From positions 1-34,786 of the IMG/VR virus record IMGVR_UViG_3300045988_092324: a DNA stretch of 34,786 nt; one strand, 5' to 3'. The notes under the pieces are model-generated. The model was not told the origin of the DNA and did not search any database. It was given only the letters and a program-made list of their open reading frames with translations. Positions 6,416 to 14,208 of the stretch are shown here, one piece after another (position 1 is the stretch's first letter; every line of letters begins with the position of its first letter). The translations under genes and the position numbers were made by a program. This DNA comes from a virus.

Positions 6416-7051
6416 CTAATACCTTTTGACCTCGCTGGCCTGGTGCCACTTGACGACGCCGCGGAAGCTCACGCTGGCGTTCTCCGGATCGTCGAACACT
6501 ATGTCGGTGTAGCCGTCCTCGTAGCTGTCCGGCGACAGCACGAGGGTCGACGCCCCGCGGTAGTAGCTTCTAAGGATCATCTCGCCGTTGTACTCGGCCG
6601 CCACGGCGTCGCCGTTGCGCGGTTCGCACCTGGGGGAGAGCAGTGCGTTCTCGCCGTCGGCAAACCTGCGATTCATGCATGAGCCGCGCACGCGCATGAG
6701 GTAGGCGTCCGGGTCGTTGACGCGCTCGAGGACTGAGATCGGCACGTCAGCGACCTCGTCGGGACCGAATTCGTCGGTGAACTCGCCTGCGTGCCCGGCG
6801 ACGAGCACGGGCAGGGTCACGTACTGGGCGCCGTTGGGGCGCACGGCCTCCGTGGCGTCCTCTCCCATGAGGTCGGCTACCGTCGTGTTGAAGAGGTCGG
6901 CGAGTTGACGAAGGATAGGCGTCCTCGGCGTGGCGCGCCCGCTTTCCCACTGACTTACCGACGAGTAGGTAAGACCGAGCTTGTCCGCCAACTCTGCCTG
7001 CGTGAGGCCCAGCTCGTCGCGGTGTGCGCGAATCTTTTTCCCGAGGTCCAT
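6416..7051 (-). CDS. Phage repressor: XRE HTH + S24/LexA-like C-terminal domain
   Basis: HTH (IRAHRDELGLTQAELADKLGLTYSSVSQWESGRATP) and S24-like region (VLVAGHAGEF; RVRGSCMNRRF; GDAVAAEYNGEMILRSYYR). Confidence 0.92.
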   Translation of the reverse strand: MDLGKKIRAHRDELGLTQAELADKLGLTYSSVSQWESGRATPRTPILRQLADLFNTTVADLMGEDATEAVRPNGAQYVTLPVLVAGHAGEFTDEFGPDEVADVPISVLERVNDPDAYLMRVRGSCMNRRFADGENALLSPRCEPRNGDAVAAEYNGEMILRSYYRGASTLVLSPDSYEDGYTDIVFDDPENASVSFRGVVKWHQASEVKRY

Positions 7052-7158
7052 CTTTTCACCCCTTTAGGTAAATTACAATTTCCCTTTAATTTTATTAAAA
7101 AAGTAGTTTGAATTATCTTGAATGTGTTGTAATATGATTACAGCGAAAGGAGGACGGG
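7052..7158. promoter_or_regulatory. Divergent repressor/Cro operator-promoter region
   Basis: AT-rich island between divergent genes; ATTACAA (7072-7078) and TTGTAAT (7127-7133) in opposite orientation, palindromes GTAAATTAC (7068-7076) and GTAATATGATTAC (7129-7141); -35 TTGAAT (7108-7113) and -10 TAATAT (7130-7135) candidates. Confidence 0.75.
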
Positions 7159-7356
7159 ATGACAGAAACGTTGAGAGAGGTCCGAGAGCGCAAGGGCGTC
7201 AAAAAGGGCGCCGTAGCCGAGGCGATGGGCGTCACTTACCCCACCTATCAGCGGTATGAGGAGACGAACCGAATGCCCACCGACGCATTCGACGCGGCCT
7301 GCCGCTTCTTGGGCGTCTCGCGAGATTCTATTTTTTTGGCCAACGACTTGAATTAA
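7159..7356 (+). CDS. Cro-like XRE HTH protein
   Basis: MTETLREVRERKGVKKGAVAEAMGVTYPTYQRYEETNRMPT...; RBS AAAGGAGG. Confidence 0.88.
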   Translation: MTETLREVRERKGVKKGAVAEAMGVTYPTYQRYEETNRMPTDAFDAACRFLGVSRDSIFLANDLN

Positions 7357-7386
7357 ATTAAAGTCACAAACGAAACGGAGAGAACT

Positions 7387-7497
7387 ATGAACGAGAACTA
7401 CATCGACATCGAGCTGGGCGGCTGGAACATCCCCGAGGCCATCACGGTCGAGGCCGAGCCCGCCGAGGCCCGCGACTTTTCCGACTTCGAGCTGTAG
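7387..7497 (+). CDS. Small acidic hypothetical protein
   Basis: 36 aa MNENYIDIELGGWNIPEAITVEAEPAEARDFSDFEL; RBS acggagagaactATG. Confidence 0.6.
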   Translation: MNENYIDIELGGWNIPEAITVEAEPAEARDFSDFEL

Positions 7498-7508
7498 GGG
7501 AGGGCGAC

Positions 7509-7802
7509 ATGAGCACCAGGAAGAACTACCCCGTCACCTTCGCGCCGAACGAGGACCTCGACGGCGCCATGTGCGAGACGACGGAGTCGGTGGTGAACCG
7601 CATCTGCCACCTGTTCGGCTTCGCTGACTGGGCCGTGAGCATGGTCGAGGGCGACCTCGACAGCGCCGAGATCGCCGGCACGCGCTACTACGCGTACACC
7701 TCCGTGCGCTTCACCGCCAACGGCATCGGCTGGTCGACGGACTTCGAGGACCTGGTCCGCGACGAGGCGCTCGACGAGCAGCCCGCCGGCTCCGAACGCT
7801 AG
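7509..7802 (+). CDS. Hypothetical early phage protein
   Basis: 97 aa, RBS, collinear with neighbours. Confidence 0.75.
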   Translation: MSTRKNYPVTFAPNEDLDGAMCETTESVVNRICHLFGFADWAVSMVEGDLDSAEIAGTRYYAYTSVRFTANGIGWSTDFEDLVRDEALDEQPAGSER

Positions 7803-7812
7803 GGAGGGCGTC

Positions 7813-8145
7813 ATGGGAGACGTGAAGATGCGCCGCGAGAACATCAGGTACGAGGCGCGCGGGAAGTCCTTCGAGATCGAGTGCCCGAGCGGCTTCTCGG
7901 GCATCGAGGCCATCGTCTGCTGGTGCGACGCCGGCGGCGGCTGGCACCGCGAGGCCTTCGAGTCGTTCCTCGACGCCCGCGGGCGACTGGACGGGCTGCT
8001 GCGCGGCGAGGCGGTCATGGCCTACGTCCAGCGCACGGTCTGCATGAACACCGCCGACGCCATCGACCCCGGCATCCAGCCGGTTGAGGTCGGCCTCGCC
8101 GCGGGCGAGTGGGTCATGTATCAGCTGCAGAAGGGGCGTGAGTAG
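7813..8145 (+). CDS. Hypothetical early phage protein
   Basis: 110 aa, RBS agggagggcgtcATG. Confidence 0.75.
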   Translation: MGDVKMRRENIRYEARGKSFEIECPSGFSGIEAIVCWCDAGGGWHREAFESFLDARGRLDGLLRGEAVMAYVQRTVCMNTADAIDPGIQPVEVGLAAGEWVMYQLQKGRE

Positions 8146-8147
8146 CG

Positions 8148-8360
8148 ATGTTGAACCTTATCCATGCGGCCGTCCGGGTCTTCCTCGACGTTCTCGCGGT
8201 CGCGTTCGTGCTAGAGCACACCCGCGAGCTTCATGAGAAACATCGCGAGATCAACGACGCGCCCAAGCAGGTCGCAGGCGTCGTTGATGAACCCGGCGAG
8301 GACGATCGCGGCGCTGATGCGAGGGTGCCGCTCGACCCAGTCGACGAGCCGCACGAGTAG
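8148..8360 (+). CDS. Alternative small plus-strand ORF
   Basis: 70 aa MLNLIHAAVRVFLDVLAVAFVLEHTRELHEK...; AAGGGG upstream; overlaps the minus ORF. Confidence 0.3.
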   Translation: MLNLIHAAVRVFLDVLAVAFVLEHTRELHEKHREINDAPKQVAGVVDEPGEDDRGADARVPLDPVDEPHE

Positions 8361-8414
8361 GGGGGCCGCTGGTCGGACGTGCTTCGGGCGATATGTCTGC
8401 TGTCTACGAATCAT
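8211..8414 (-). CDS. Possible small membrane protein on the opposite strand within the early operon
   Basis: ATG 8414: MIRRQQTYRPKHVRPAAPLLVRLVDWVERHPRISAAIVLAGFINDACDLLGRVVDLAMFLMKLAGVL; competes with plus ORF 8148-8360. Confidence 0.4.
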   Translation of the reverse strand: MIRRQQTYRPKHVRPAAPLLVRLVDWVERHPRISAAIVLAGFINDACDLLGRVVDLAMFLMKLAGVL

Positions 8415-8425
8415 GGCCCGAAGCC

Positions 8426-8444
8426 TAACGCGTGTGTAACGCGT
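8426..8444. promoter_or_regulatory. Tandem palindromic element TAACGCGT-GTG-TAACGCGT
   Basis: Two 8-nt copies spaced 3 nt, each containing palindrome ACGCGT, upstream of the minus ORF start at 8414. Confidence 0.5.
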
Positions 8445-8584
8445 CAACGCGGGTATTGCCGCTCAGGCAACCCGCAGGCCCCATCACCGGGGCGGCACCG
8501 TTGCCCCGCGGCTCTCCAATAACCATCCGCGGGGACGTTCCCTACCGGTGCCGTGCCGGGGGCGGGGCCCCGAAAGCAAGCAAC

Positions 8585-8624
8585 AAAAAAGGAGCCGCCC
8601 GGTGTGGAAAGCGGGGACGGCTCC
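8585..8624 (-). terminator. Minus-strand intrinsic terminator-like hairpin
   Basis: GGAGCCG (8591-8597) / CGGCTCC (8618-8624) with A6 at 8585-8590, i.e. T6 downstream on minus strand. Confidence 0.5.
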
Positions 8625-8646
8625 CTGACCTGAAAGGAGGTCACTC

Positions 8647-8895
8647 ATGGATTCTAGCAGAGCCAAAACGTTCCAGCAGATGGCCGACGAGCTTGGCATC
8701 AGGCACAAGCTGATGTACACGCTGCGCGAGGCGTCGAGGGTGACGGGGGTGCCCTACGACACGCTGCGCATCGAGTGCAAGGCGGGCCGCCTGCGCTCGC
8801 AGCTGCCCGAGGGGCGCAAGGTGGGGCGCATGGTGCGCCCGGAATGGGTGGAGCAGTGGATCGAGGAGGGAACGCATGGCATCGAGGCTGCTTAG
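8647..8895 (+). CDS. Excisionase/MerR-type HTH DNA-binding protein
   Basis: YTLREASRVTGVPYDTLRIECKAGRLRSQLPEGRKVGRMVRPEWVEQWIEEG; RBS gaaaggaggtcactcATG. Confidence 0.8.
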   Translation: MDSSRAKTFQQMADELGIRHKLMYTLREASRVTGVPYDTLRIECKAGRLRSQLPEGRKVGRMVRPEWVEQWIEEGTHGIEAA

Positions 8896-9016
8896 GTGCG
8901 CTGCGTACATCGCGCTCCTGTTCGCGGTGTACGCGCTCATGCCTTACGTCCTGCGGGCGATGCTGCTCGCGGCGGACGGTGTCCGCGTCGTGCTCGGGAT
9001 GGGGTCGGTACTGTGA
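8876..9016 (+). CDS. Small membrane protein
   Basis: 46 aa MASRLLRCAAYIALLFAVYALMPYVLRAMLLAADGVRVVLGMGSVL; RBS gaggagggaacgcATG; ATG/stop overlaps with both neighbours. Confidence 0.6.
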   Translation: MASRLLRCAAYIALLFAVYALMPYVLRAMLLAADGVRVVLGMGSVL

Positions 9017-9471
9017 TCGGCAGGCGATTCGCGTTCACCGTCCCGTTCGTGGCGGGCAAGCAGCGCCACAGGCTCGACCGACGCCACGCGCGGATGTACA
9101 CGCCTAACGAGACCATCCGCAACGAGGCCGCCATCCGCGACGCGGCGCTCAAGGCCATGCGGGAGGCGTACCCGGGTCTCAAGGGGATGCTGTTCCCGTT
9201 CAGGGTCCCCGTCGCGGTACGCATCGACGCGTACGGCCCGCTGCCGGAGTCGAGGCCGAAGCGCGTCACGTCGGAGCCTTACACGTTCAAGCCGGACGCG
9301 GACAACATAGCCAAGCTGGTGCTGGACGGGATGAACGGGGCGGTCTGGGGTGACGACAGCCAGGTGGTCGAGCTCCATGTCGTCAAGTGGCCCCGAATGC
9401 GCGGCATCGAACCGCACATGGACATACAGGTATATCGCGGCTGGGCAGACCCAGCCGAGGAGAAAAAGTAG
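9013..9471 (+). CDS. rusA-like: RusA-like Holliday junction resolvase
   Basis: GTG start overlapping TGA; TVPFVAGKQRHR, YTFKPDADNIAKLVLDGMNGAVWGDDSQVVELHVVK signature. Confidence 0.88.
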   Translation: MIGRRFAFTVPFVAGKQRHRLDRRHARMYTPNETIRNEAAIRDAALKAMREAYPGLKGMLFPFRVPVAVRIDAYGPLPESRPKRVTSEPYTFKPDADNIAKLVLDGMNGAVWGDDSQVVELHVVKWPRMRGIEPHMDIQVYRGWADPAEEKK

Positions 9472-9487
9472 AAACGGAGACATAGAA

Positions 9488-9784
9488 ATGAAACGCAAGG
9501 CACTCAAGGAACTCATGAGGCAGGCCGTGGGCAACGTCCTCATCAACACGGAGCTCAACGCCGAGGCGTTCAAGAAGGATATCGACCCCGCAGTGCTCCG
9601 CGGCGTCGCCTACGGTATGGCGGTCGCGCCCGTGATGATGGACGAGGAGCCCATCGAGTTCGACCGCGAGTTCCTTGCCGTCATCATCGCGTATGCCAAG
9701 AAGTGCGATGACGTCTACGCCGAGAGCGGCGCCGTCGCCACGATCTCCAAGCTCTACGGATGCGAGGTGAGAGTCGATGAGTAA
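9488..9784 (+). CDS. Hypothetical early protein
   Basis: ATG 9488, MKRKALKELMRQAVGNVLINTELNAEAFKK...; RBS gaaacggagacat. Confidence 0.75.
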   Translation: MKRKALKELMRQAVGNVLINTELNAEAFKKDIDPAVLRGVAYGMAVAPVMMDEEPIEFDREFLAVIIAYAKKCDDVYAESGAVATISKLYGCEVRVDE

Positions 9785-10694
9785 CGGGATCATCGAGTAC
9801 AAGGACGACGCGGGCATGCCCGTGAAGTTCACCTCGCAGGACATCCGCGAGCGCCTGTGCCCGAACGCGACCGAAAGCGAGCTGGCGCTGTGCGTGGAGC
9901 TTTGCAACCGCCAGCACCTGAACCCGTTCACCAAGGAGGTGTACCTGGTCAAGTACGGCAGCGCCCCGGCGAGCATCATCACTTCCTACCAGGTGTTCAA
10001 CCGCCGCGCGAACCGCCAGCCCAACTACGGCGGCATCGAGAGCGGCGTCGTGGTGCTCCGCGACGGCGAGGTCGTCAAGAAGAAGGGCTCCGCAGTCTAC
10101 AAGATGATCGGGGAGCAGCTCATCGGCGGCTGGGCAGAGGTCGCGTTCACCGACGGCAAGAAGCCCGCATACGTCGAGCTGGCGCTCACCGACTACAGCA
10201 CCGGCAAGAGCAACTGGGCGAAGATGCCGGGCGTCATGATCGAGAAGTGCGCCAAGGCCGGCGCGTGGCGCCTGGCCTACCCCGACGAGTTCGGCGGGAT
10301 GTACACGGGCGAGGAGATGGACCAGAAGGTCGAACGCGACATGCACGCCGGCACTCAGGCCGTCGAGGCCGAGAGCGTCGAGCCCGTGGCCGACCTGCAG
10401 CCCGTGCGCGAGCTGTTCAAGCCGTTCATGGCGGCGACTGGGCTCGACAGCGCCGGGGCCATGGCTGCCATCTGCGCCGCCGTGGGCTGCACGTCGGGCT
10501 CCATGCACGACATGACGCTCATGCAGGCGCGCCGCGCGGCCTCGTGGATGGAGGAGGAGATCGCGGCCCGCAAGGCGCAACCCGAGCCCGCCGTCCCCGA
10601 ACCGGAGCCCGCGCCCGCCTATGAGCCCGCGCCCGCCTATGAGCCCGCGCCCGCCGAGTACGCGACCGACGACGACCTTCTGGGAGGCTTCTGA
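9777..10694 (+). CDS. bet: Phage recombination protein Bet (RecT/Red-beta family)
   Basis: 305 aa; CVELCNRQHLNPFTKEVYLVKYGSAPASIITSYQVFNRRANRQPNYGGIESG...EQLIGGWAEV...MIEKCAKAGAWRLAYPDEFGGMYTGEEM. Confidence 0.93.
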   Translation: MSNGIIEYKDDAGMPVKFTSQDIRERLCPNATESELALCVELCNRQHLNPFTKEVYLVKYGSAPASIITSYQVFNRRANRQPNYGGIESGVVVLRDGEVVKKKGSAVYKMIGEQLIGGWAEVAFTDGKKPAYVELALTDYSTGKSNWAKMPGVMIEKCAKAGAWRLAYPDEFGGMYTGEEMDQKVERDMHAGTQAVEAESVEPVADLQPVRELFKPFMAATGLDSAGAMAAICAAVGCTSGSMHDMTLMQARRAASWMEEEIAARKAQPEPAVPEPEPAPAYEPAPAYEPAPAEYATDDDLLGGF

Positions 10695-11680
10695 TGGCAG
10701 ACGAGGTTTTGGCGGTCGAGGCCGTGCCGCTCGAGGAGGACTTCGACACGCTGGTGGCGTCTCTCGCCATCGACGACACGCTCGAGGACAAGCTGGCACA
10801 GCTCAAGAAGGAAGTCGACGAGAAGCTGGCGGACTACGTGGACGTCAAGCGCATCGAGAAGGACGAGGACTTCAAGGCGGCGAAGAAGTACCGCGCGGCG
10901 GTCAACGACGTGAAGAAGCCCATCGAGGCGCAGCGCAAGGCCGCGAAGAAGAAGTACAGCGACCTGCTCAAGACGTTCGACAAGACCATCGGCGAGATCA
11001 CGGCGCCGATCGACAGGCTCTCCGATGAGTACAAGGCCGAGATCGACCGCTACGACGGAGAGTGCAGGGCCCGGCGCCTCGCCGCGCTCGAGGGCCACTA
11101 CTACGACCTCGCGGGCGAGATGGGGCCGCTGGTGCCATACGAGCGCATCGCCGACGACAGGTGGCTCAACGCGAGCTTCGGCGAGGTCAAGGCCAAGAAC
11201 ATCATCGAGCGCCGGGTGGGCGAGCTGCTGCACCAGTTCAAGTTCGTCAACGGCCTCGACTACGCGGACGAGGACGAGAGGGCGTGGGCCGTCGCGTGGT
11301 GGGCGAGGACGCTGCCGGCGGACTCGGGCGAGGTGGCGGCGGCTGTCGCCGCGCACCGCGAGGAGGTCGCCAAGGCCGCCGCGCTCGCGGCGACCTACGA
11401 GCAGGCGATGGCGCCCGCACCGGAGCCCGAGTCGGAGCCCGCGCCGCTGCCGCCCGAGCCCGCGCCGGTGCCCGCCGAGGAACCTGAGCCGCCCCTGGGC
11501 GTGCCGAGGTGCGTGCGGGTGGTGCCGTCGCGCCCCGAGCCGGATGTGGCCGAGGATGCGGCCCCGGCACCGCAGAGGGGCTACCGCGTGGTCATCGAGT
11601 GCGCCACGGCGGACGAGCTGCGCCGCGTGAGGGCCGTCATGGTCGAGAACGGCATCCACGGATACGTCGAGAGGATGTAG
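10694..11680 (+). CDS. DUF1351-type phage protein
   Basis: 328 aa; KAAKKYRAAVNDVKKPIEAQRKAAKKKYSDLLKTFDKTIGEITAPIDRLSDEYKAEID pattern; follows bet. Confidence 0.8.
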   Translation: MADEVLAVEAVPLEEDFDTLVASLAIDDTLEDKLAQLKKEVDEKLADYVDVKRIEKDEDFKAAKKYRAAVNDVKKPIEAQRKAAKKKYSDLLKTFDKTIGEITAPIDRLSDEYKAEIDRYDGECRARRLAALEGHYYDLAGEMGPLVPYERIADDRWLNASFGEVKAKNIIERRVGELLHQFKFVNGLDYADEDERAWAVAWWARTLPADSGEVAAAVAAHREEVAKAAALAATYEQAMAPAPEPESEPAPLPPEPAPVPAEEPEPPLGVPRCVRVVPSRPEPDVAEDAAPAPQRGYRVVIECATADELRRVRAVMVENGIHGYVERM

Positions 11681-11683
11681 GAC

Positions 11684-12025
11684 ATGGAGGAGAAAAACCT
11701 GCCGCCGCTCCGAACGCCGGAGCAGCGCAAGGAGGCGATGGCGAAGGCCATCCACACGCGCCGCGAGCGCGCCGCGTTCAAGGCGGCGTGCAAGGCGGGG
11801 AACATCCCGCCCGAGGTCGCCATCGAGGCTCCCATCGCGGCAAGGCTCAAGGTCGACGAGTTCGCCCGCTCGTTCCCGGGCATCGGCCCGGTCACGGCGC
11901 AGAAGATCGTCGAGGTGTGCCACATCCGCGACGGCCGCCGCGTGAGCGGCCTGGGCTACATGCAGGGGCCGCGCCTCGTCGATGCCATCAAGGGCTGCAT
12001 GACCGCAAAGGAGGACGGGCAGTGA
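11684..12025 (+). CDS. mIHF-like (actinobacterial integration host factor family) protein
   Basis: VDEFARSFPGIGPVTAQKIVEVCHIRDGRRVSGLGYMQGPRLVDAI resembles mIHF 'LPGVGKVRAAQIMERLGIAESRRVRGLG' type core. Confidence 0.8.
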   Translation: MEEKNLPPLRTPEQRKEAMAKAIHTRRERAAFKAACKAGNIPPEVAIEAPIAARLKVDEFARSFPGIGPVTAQKIVEVCHIRDGRRVSGLGYMQGPRLVDAIKGCMTAKEDGQ

Positions 12026-12471
12026 GCATCAATCGAGTGAACATCACCGGCAACCTCACTCGCGACCCGGAGCTGCGCGCCACCGCGGGCGGGACGCAGG
12101 TCCTGTCCTTCGGCGTCGCCGTGAACGACCGCCGACGCAACGCGCAGACGGGCGAGTGGGAGGACTATCCCAACTTCGTCGACTGCACCATGTTCGGCAA
12201 CCGCGCCGAGGCCGTGGGCCGTTTCCTTGCCAAGGGGATGAAGGTCGCCATCGAGGGCAAGCTGCGCTACAGCTCCTGGGATAAGGATGGCCAGAAGCGC
12301 TCGAAGCTCGAGGTGATCGTCGACGAGCTCGATGTCATGGTGCGCCGCGAGGGGCAGGCGCAGGCCCAGCCGCAGCAGAGCCTCGCGGACACGGTGCCCG
12401 TGCAGCCACAGGCGCAGGCCTACGCCGCGGCCCCGCAGCCCGAGTTCTACGACGAGGACGTGCCGTTCTGA
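12022..12471 (+). CDS. ssb: Single-stranded DNA-binding protein
   Basis: GTG start; NRVNITGNLTRDPELRATAGGTQVLSFGVAVNDRRRNAQTGEWEDYPNFVDCTMFGNRAEAVGRFLAKGMKVAIEGKLRYSSW; acidic tip DEDVPF. Confidence 0.95.
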   Translation: MSINRVNITGNLTRDPELRATAGGTQVLSFGVAVNDRRRNAQTGEWEDYPNFVDCTMFGNRAEAVGRFLAKGMKVAIEGKLRYSSWDKDGQKRSKLEVIVDELDVMVRREGQAQAQPQQSLADTVPVQPQAQAYAAAPQPEFYDEDVPF

Positions 12472-12581
12472 TGAGGCGCGTACCCGACACCATCCGCGAC
12501 CACTGGGAGGCGGCCCTGTTCGCCGCCTCCTTCGCCGCGGGGTTCCTGTTCTTCTCTTCGCTTCTATGGGGGTGGTTCTGA
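12471..12581 (+). CDS. Small TM protein
   Basis: 36 aa MRRVPDTIRDHWEAALFAASFAAGFLFFSSLLWGWF, overlapping ssb stop and next ATG. Confidence 0.55.
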   Translation: MRRVPDTIRDHWEAALFAASFAAGFLFFSSLLWGWF

Positions 12582-13405
12582 TGGCCAAGGACTTCACGGT
12601 TTTCGCCAACTCGATAGCCGAGCTTTACGACGATTACGACCCGAACGACCCCGAGGACATGAGGGAGCGCATGATGCTCGCGGACGCGGTGCTCATGTAC
12701 GGCCTCCACGGGGTCGAGATCGAGTTGCCCAAGAACGTCAAGAGGGCCTTCAAGGGACTCAAGAACGCCATCGACAACTCCAAGGAAAGGCGAGAGCAGG
12801 CCAAGAAAGGCGGCAGGCCCCGCAAGGCCAAGGCAGAGCCGGAGCCCGAACCCAAGCCTGAGCAAAAACCCGAAACCGAGGTTTCCGAAAGCGAAAACCC
12901 TAACCTAGCCTATCCTAGCCTAGCTTTACCTAGCCTAGCTTGTGTTGATGGTACGCGCAGCGGCGACGCCGACGGCTTCGCCCCGCCGACCCTTGACGAG
13001 TGCCGCGCGTACTTCGCCGCAAACTGCATCAGCGGCGACCCCGACAAGTTCTGGGCGCACTACGAGTCGCAGGGCTGGATCCGCTCGAACGGGATGCCCG
13101 TGACCTCGCTCAAGGCCGCGGCGATGCTGTGGAACGGCAACCAGAAGCGCCTCGACGCCGAGGCCCATGCCCGCGGCAAGCCGACCGATGCCGAGATTCA
13201 GGCCGCCACGTTCAAGCCGACGAGGACGCCCGAGCAGACGAGGGCCGAGCTCGAGCGCAGGTGGCGCGAGGAACATCCGGGCATCGACCCGGCGAAAGTG
13301 AAGGCCCCGAGGGGGACGACCGCCGACCCGGTGGCGCTCAGGGCGTACCAGGACGCGCGGAGGCTGCTGGCCGCCCGCGCCGCGTGCGAGAGGAGGGCGT
13401 CGTGA
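12581..13405 (+). CDS. DUF6291-like phage protein, putative replication-associated
   Basis: ATG 12581; FANSIAELYDDYDPNDPEDMRERMMLADAVLMYGLHG...FKGLKNAIDNSKERREQAKKGGRPRK...C-terminal KFWAHYESQGWIRSNGMPVTSLKAAAMLWN. Confidence 0.7.
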   Translation: MAKDFTVFANSIAELYDDYDPNDPEDMRERMMLADAVLMYGLHGVEIELPKNVKRAFKGLKNAIDNSKERREQAKKGGRPRKAKAEPEPEPKPEQKPETEVSESENPNLAYPSLALPSLACVDGTRSGDADGFAPPTLDECRAYFAANCISGDPDKFWAHYESQGWIRSNGMPVTSLKAAAMLWNGNQKRLDAEAHARGKPTDAEIQAATFKPTRTPEQTRAELERRWREEHPGIDPAKVKAPRGTTADPVALRAYQDARRLLAARAACERRAS

Positions 13406-13620
13406 ACCTCGAGAGGGACGGGGCGCCGGACATCCCCGACGGCGCCGTGAGGTGCTGCGAGACGTGCGACCGCTGGGTGCCGGGCGACGGGTGCGGCATC
13501 TGCGCCCACCGGGCCGAGTCGGCCGTGCTGCCGCGCGGCGTGGACCTCGACGCGATGGCCGCGAGCATCACGCAGGGCGACCACTCCTGCGGGAGGTGGG
13601 AGCCGTGGCGCGGGCTGTGA
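13402..13620 (+). CDS. Cys-rich small protein (putative zinc-binding)
   Basis: GTG start; CCETCDRWVPGDGCGICAHR. Confidence 0.65.
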   Translation: MNLERDGAPDIPDGAVRCCETCDRWVPGDGCGICAHRAESAVLPRGVDLDAMAASITQGDHSCGRWEPWRGL

Positions 13621-14003
13621 GGCCGTGCGAGGGACAGGCCGCGCTCGACCTGTTCGGGCCGCCGCGCAGGCGCCCCATCGACGAGGACCTGCGCTGGCTC
13701 GTGAGGGTCTGGGGCTGCCGCGAGGAGGACGTCATGCCGCACCTCAGGCGCCTCTACGCCGAGTTCGCGGCGTGGGACGCCGACGAGCGGGCGAAGGTGC
13801 TCGTCGACTTCTACTGGCCGCGCCACAAGCCCGCGTTCGACGGGCTGACGCCAGAGCAGGTCGGGATGTACGACCGGACCATCGACTACCACACGGCATG
13901 GGACCGCTGCTGGGCGATCAAGCGGGGCATGGACCCGCGCGAGGCGCTCAAAGTCGTGTCGTGGGACTACGGAAACGACAGGCCGTCCGAGACGGCGGCC
14001 TAG
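13605..14003 (+). CDS. Hypothetical early protein
   Basis: GTG 13605 (or 13617), gggaggtgggagccGTG; ...CEGQAALDLFGPPRRRPIDEDLRWLVRVWGCREEDV... Confidence 0.7.
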   Translation: MARAVRPCEGQAALDLFGPPRRRPIDEDLRWLVRVWGCREEDVMPHLRRLYAEFAAWDADERAKVLVDFYWPRHKPAFDGLTPEQVGMYDRTIDYHTAWDRCWAIKRGMDPREALKVVSWDYGNDRPSETAA

Positions 14004-14016
14004 GAAGGAGGAGGCC

Positions 14017-14208
14017 ATGAGCTCGAGATACGGCAAATGGCCCGAGGAGGACCCGCGCCGCTGCGACGGGTGCAGGTTCGCGGAGCGCGTCGAGCGCGTG
14101 ATGGCGGCATCGGGCGACGTCCGCACCGTGTACCGCTGCGCAAGGCGCCCGGAGTTCGTGCACCGCACGCAGGCCGAGGCCCGCTGCAACTACTGGGAGG
14201 CGCGATGA
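14017..14208 (+). CDS. Small Cys-containing protein
   Basis: 63 aa MSSRYGKWPEEDPRRCDGCRFAERV...YRCARRPEF..C. Confidence 0.65.
   Translation: MSSRYGKWPEEDPRRCDGCRFAERVERVMAASGDVRTVYRCARRPEFVHRTQAEARCNYWEAR

Noticed and set aside
10611-10661. Short tandem repeat gcccgcgcccgcctatga
   Set aside because: Encodes a PAPAYEPAPAYEPAP linker in the Bet C-terminal tail; low-complexity coding repeat.
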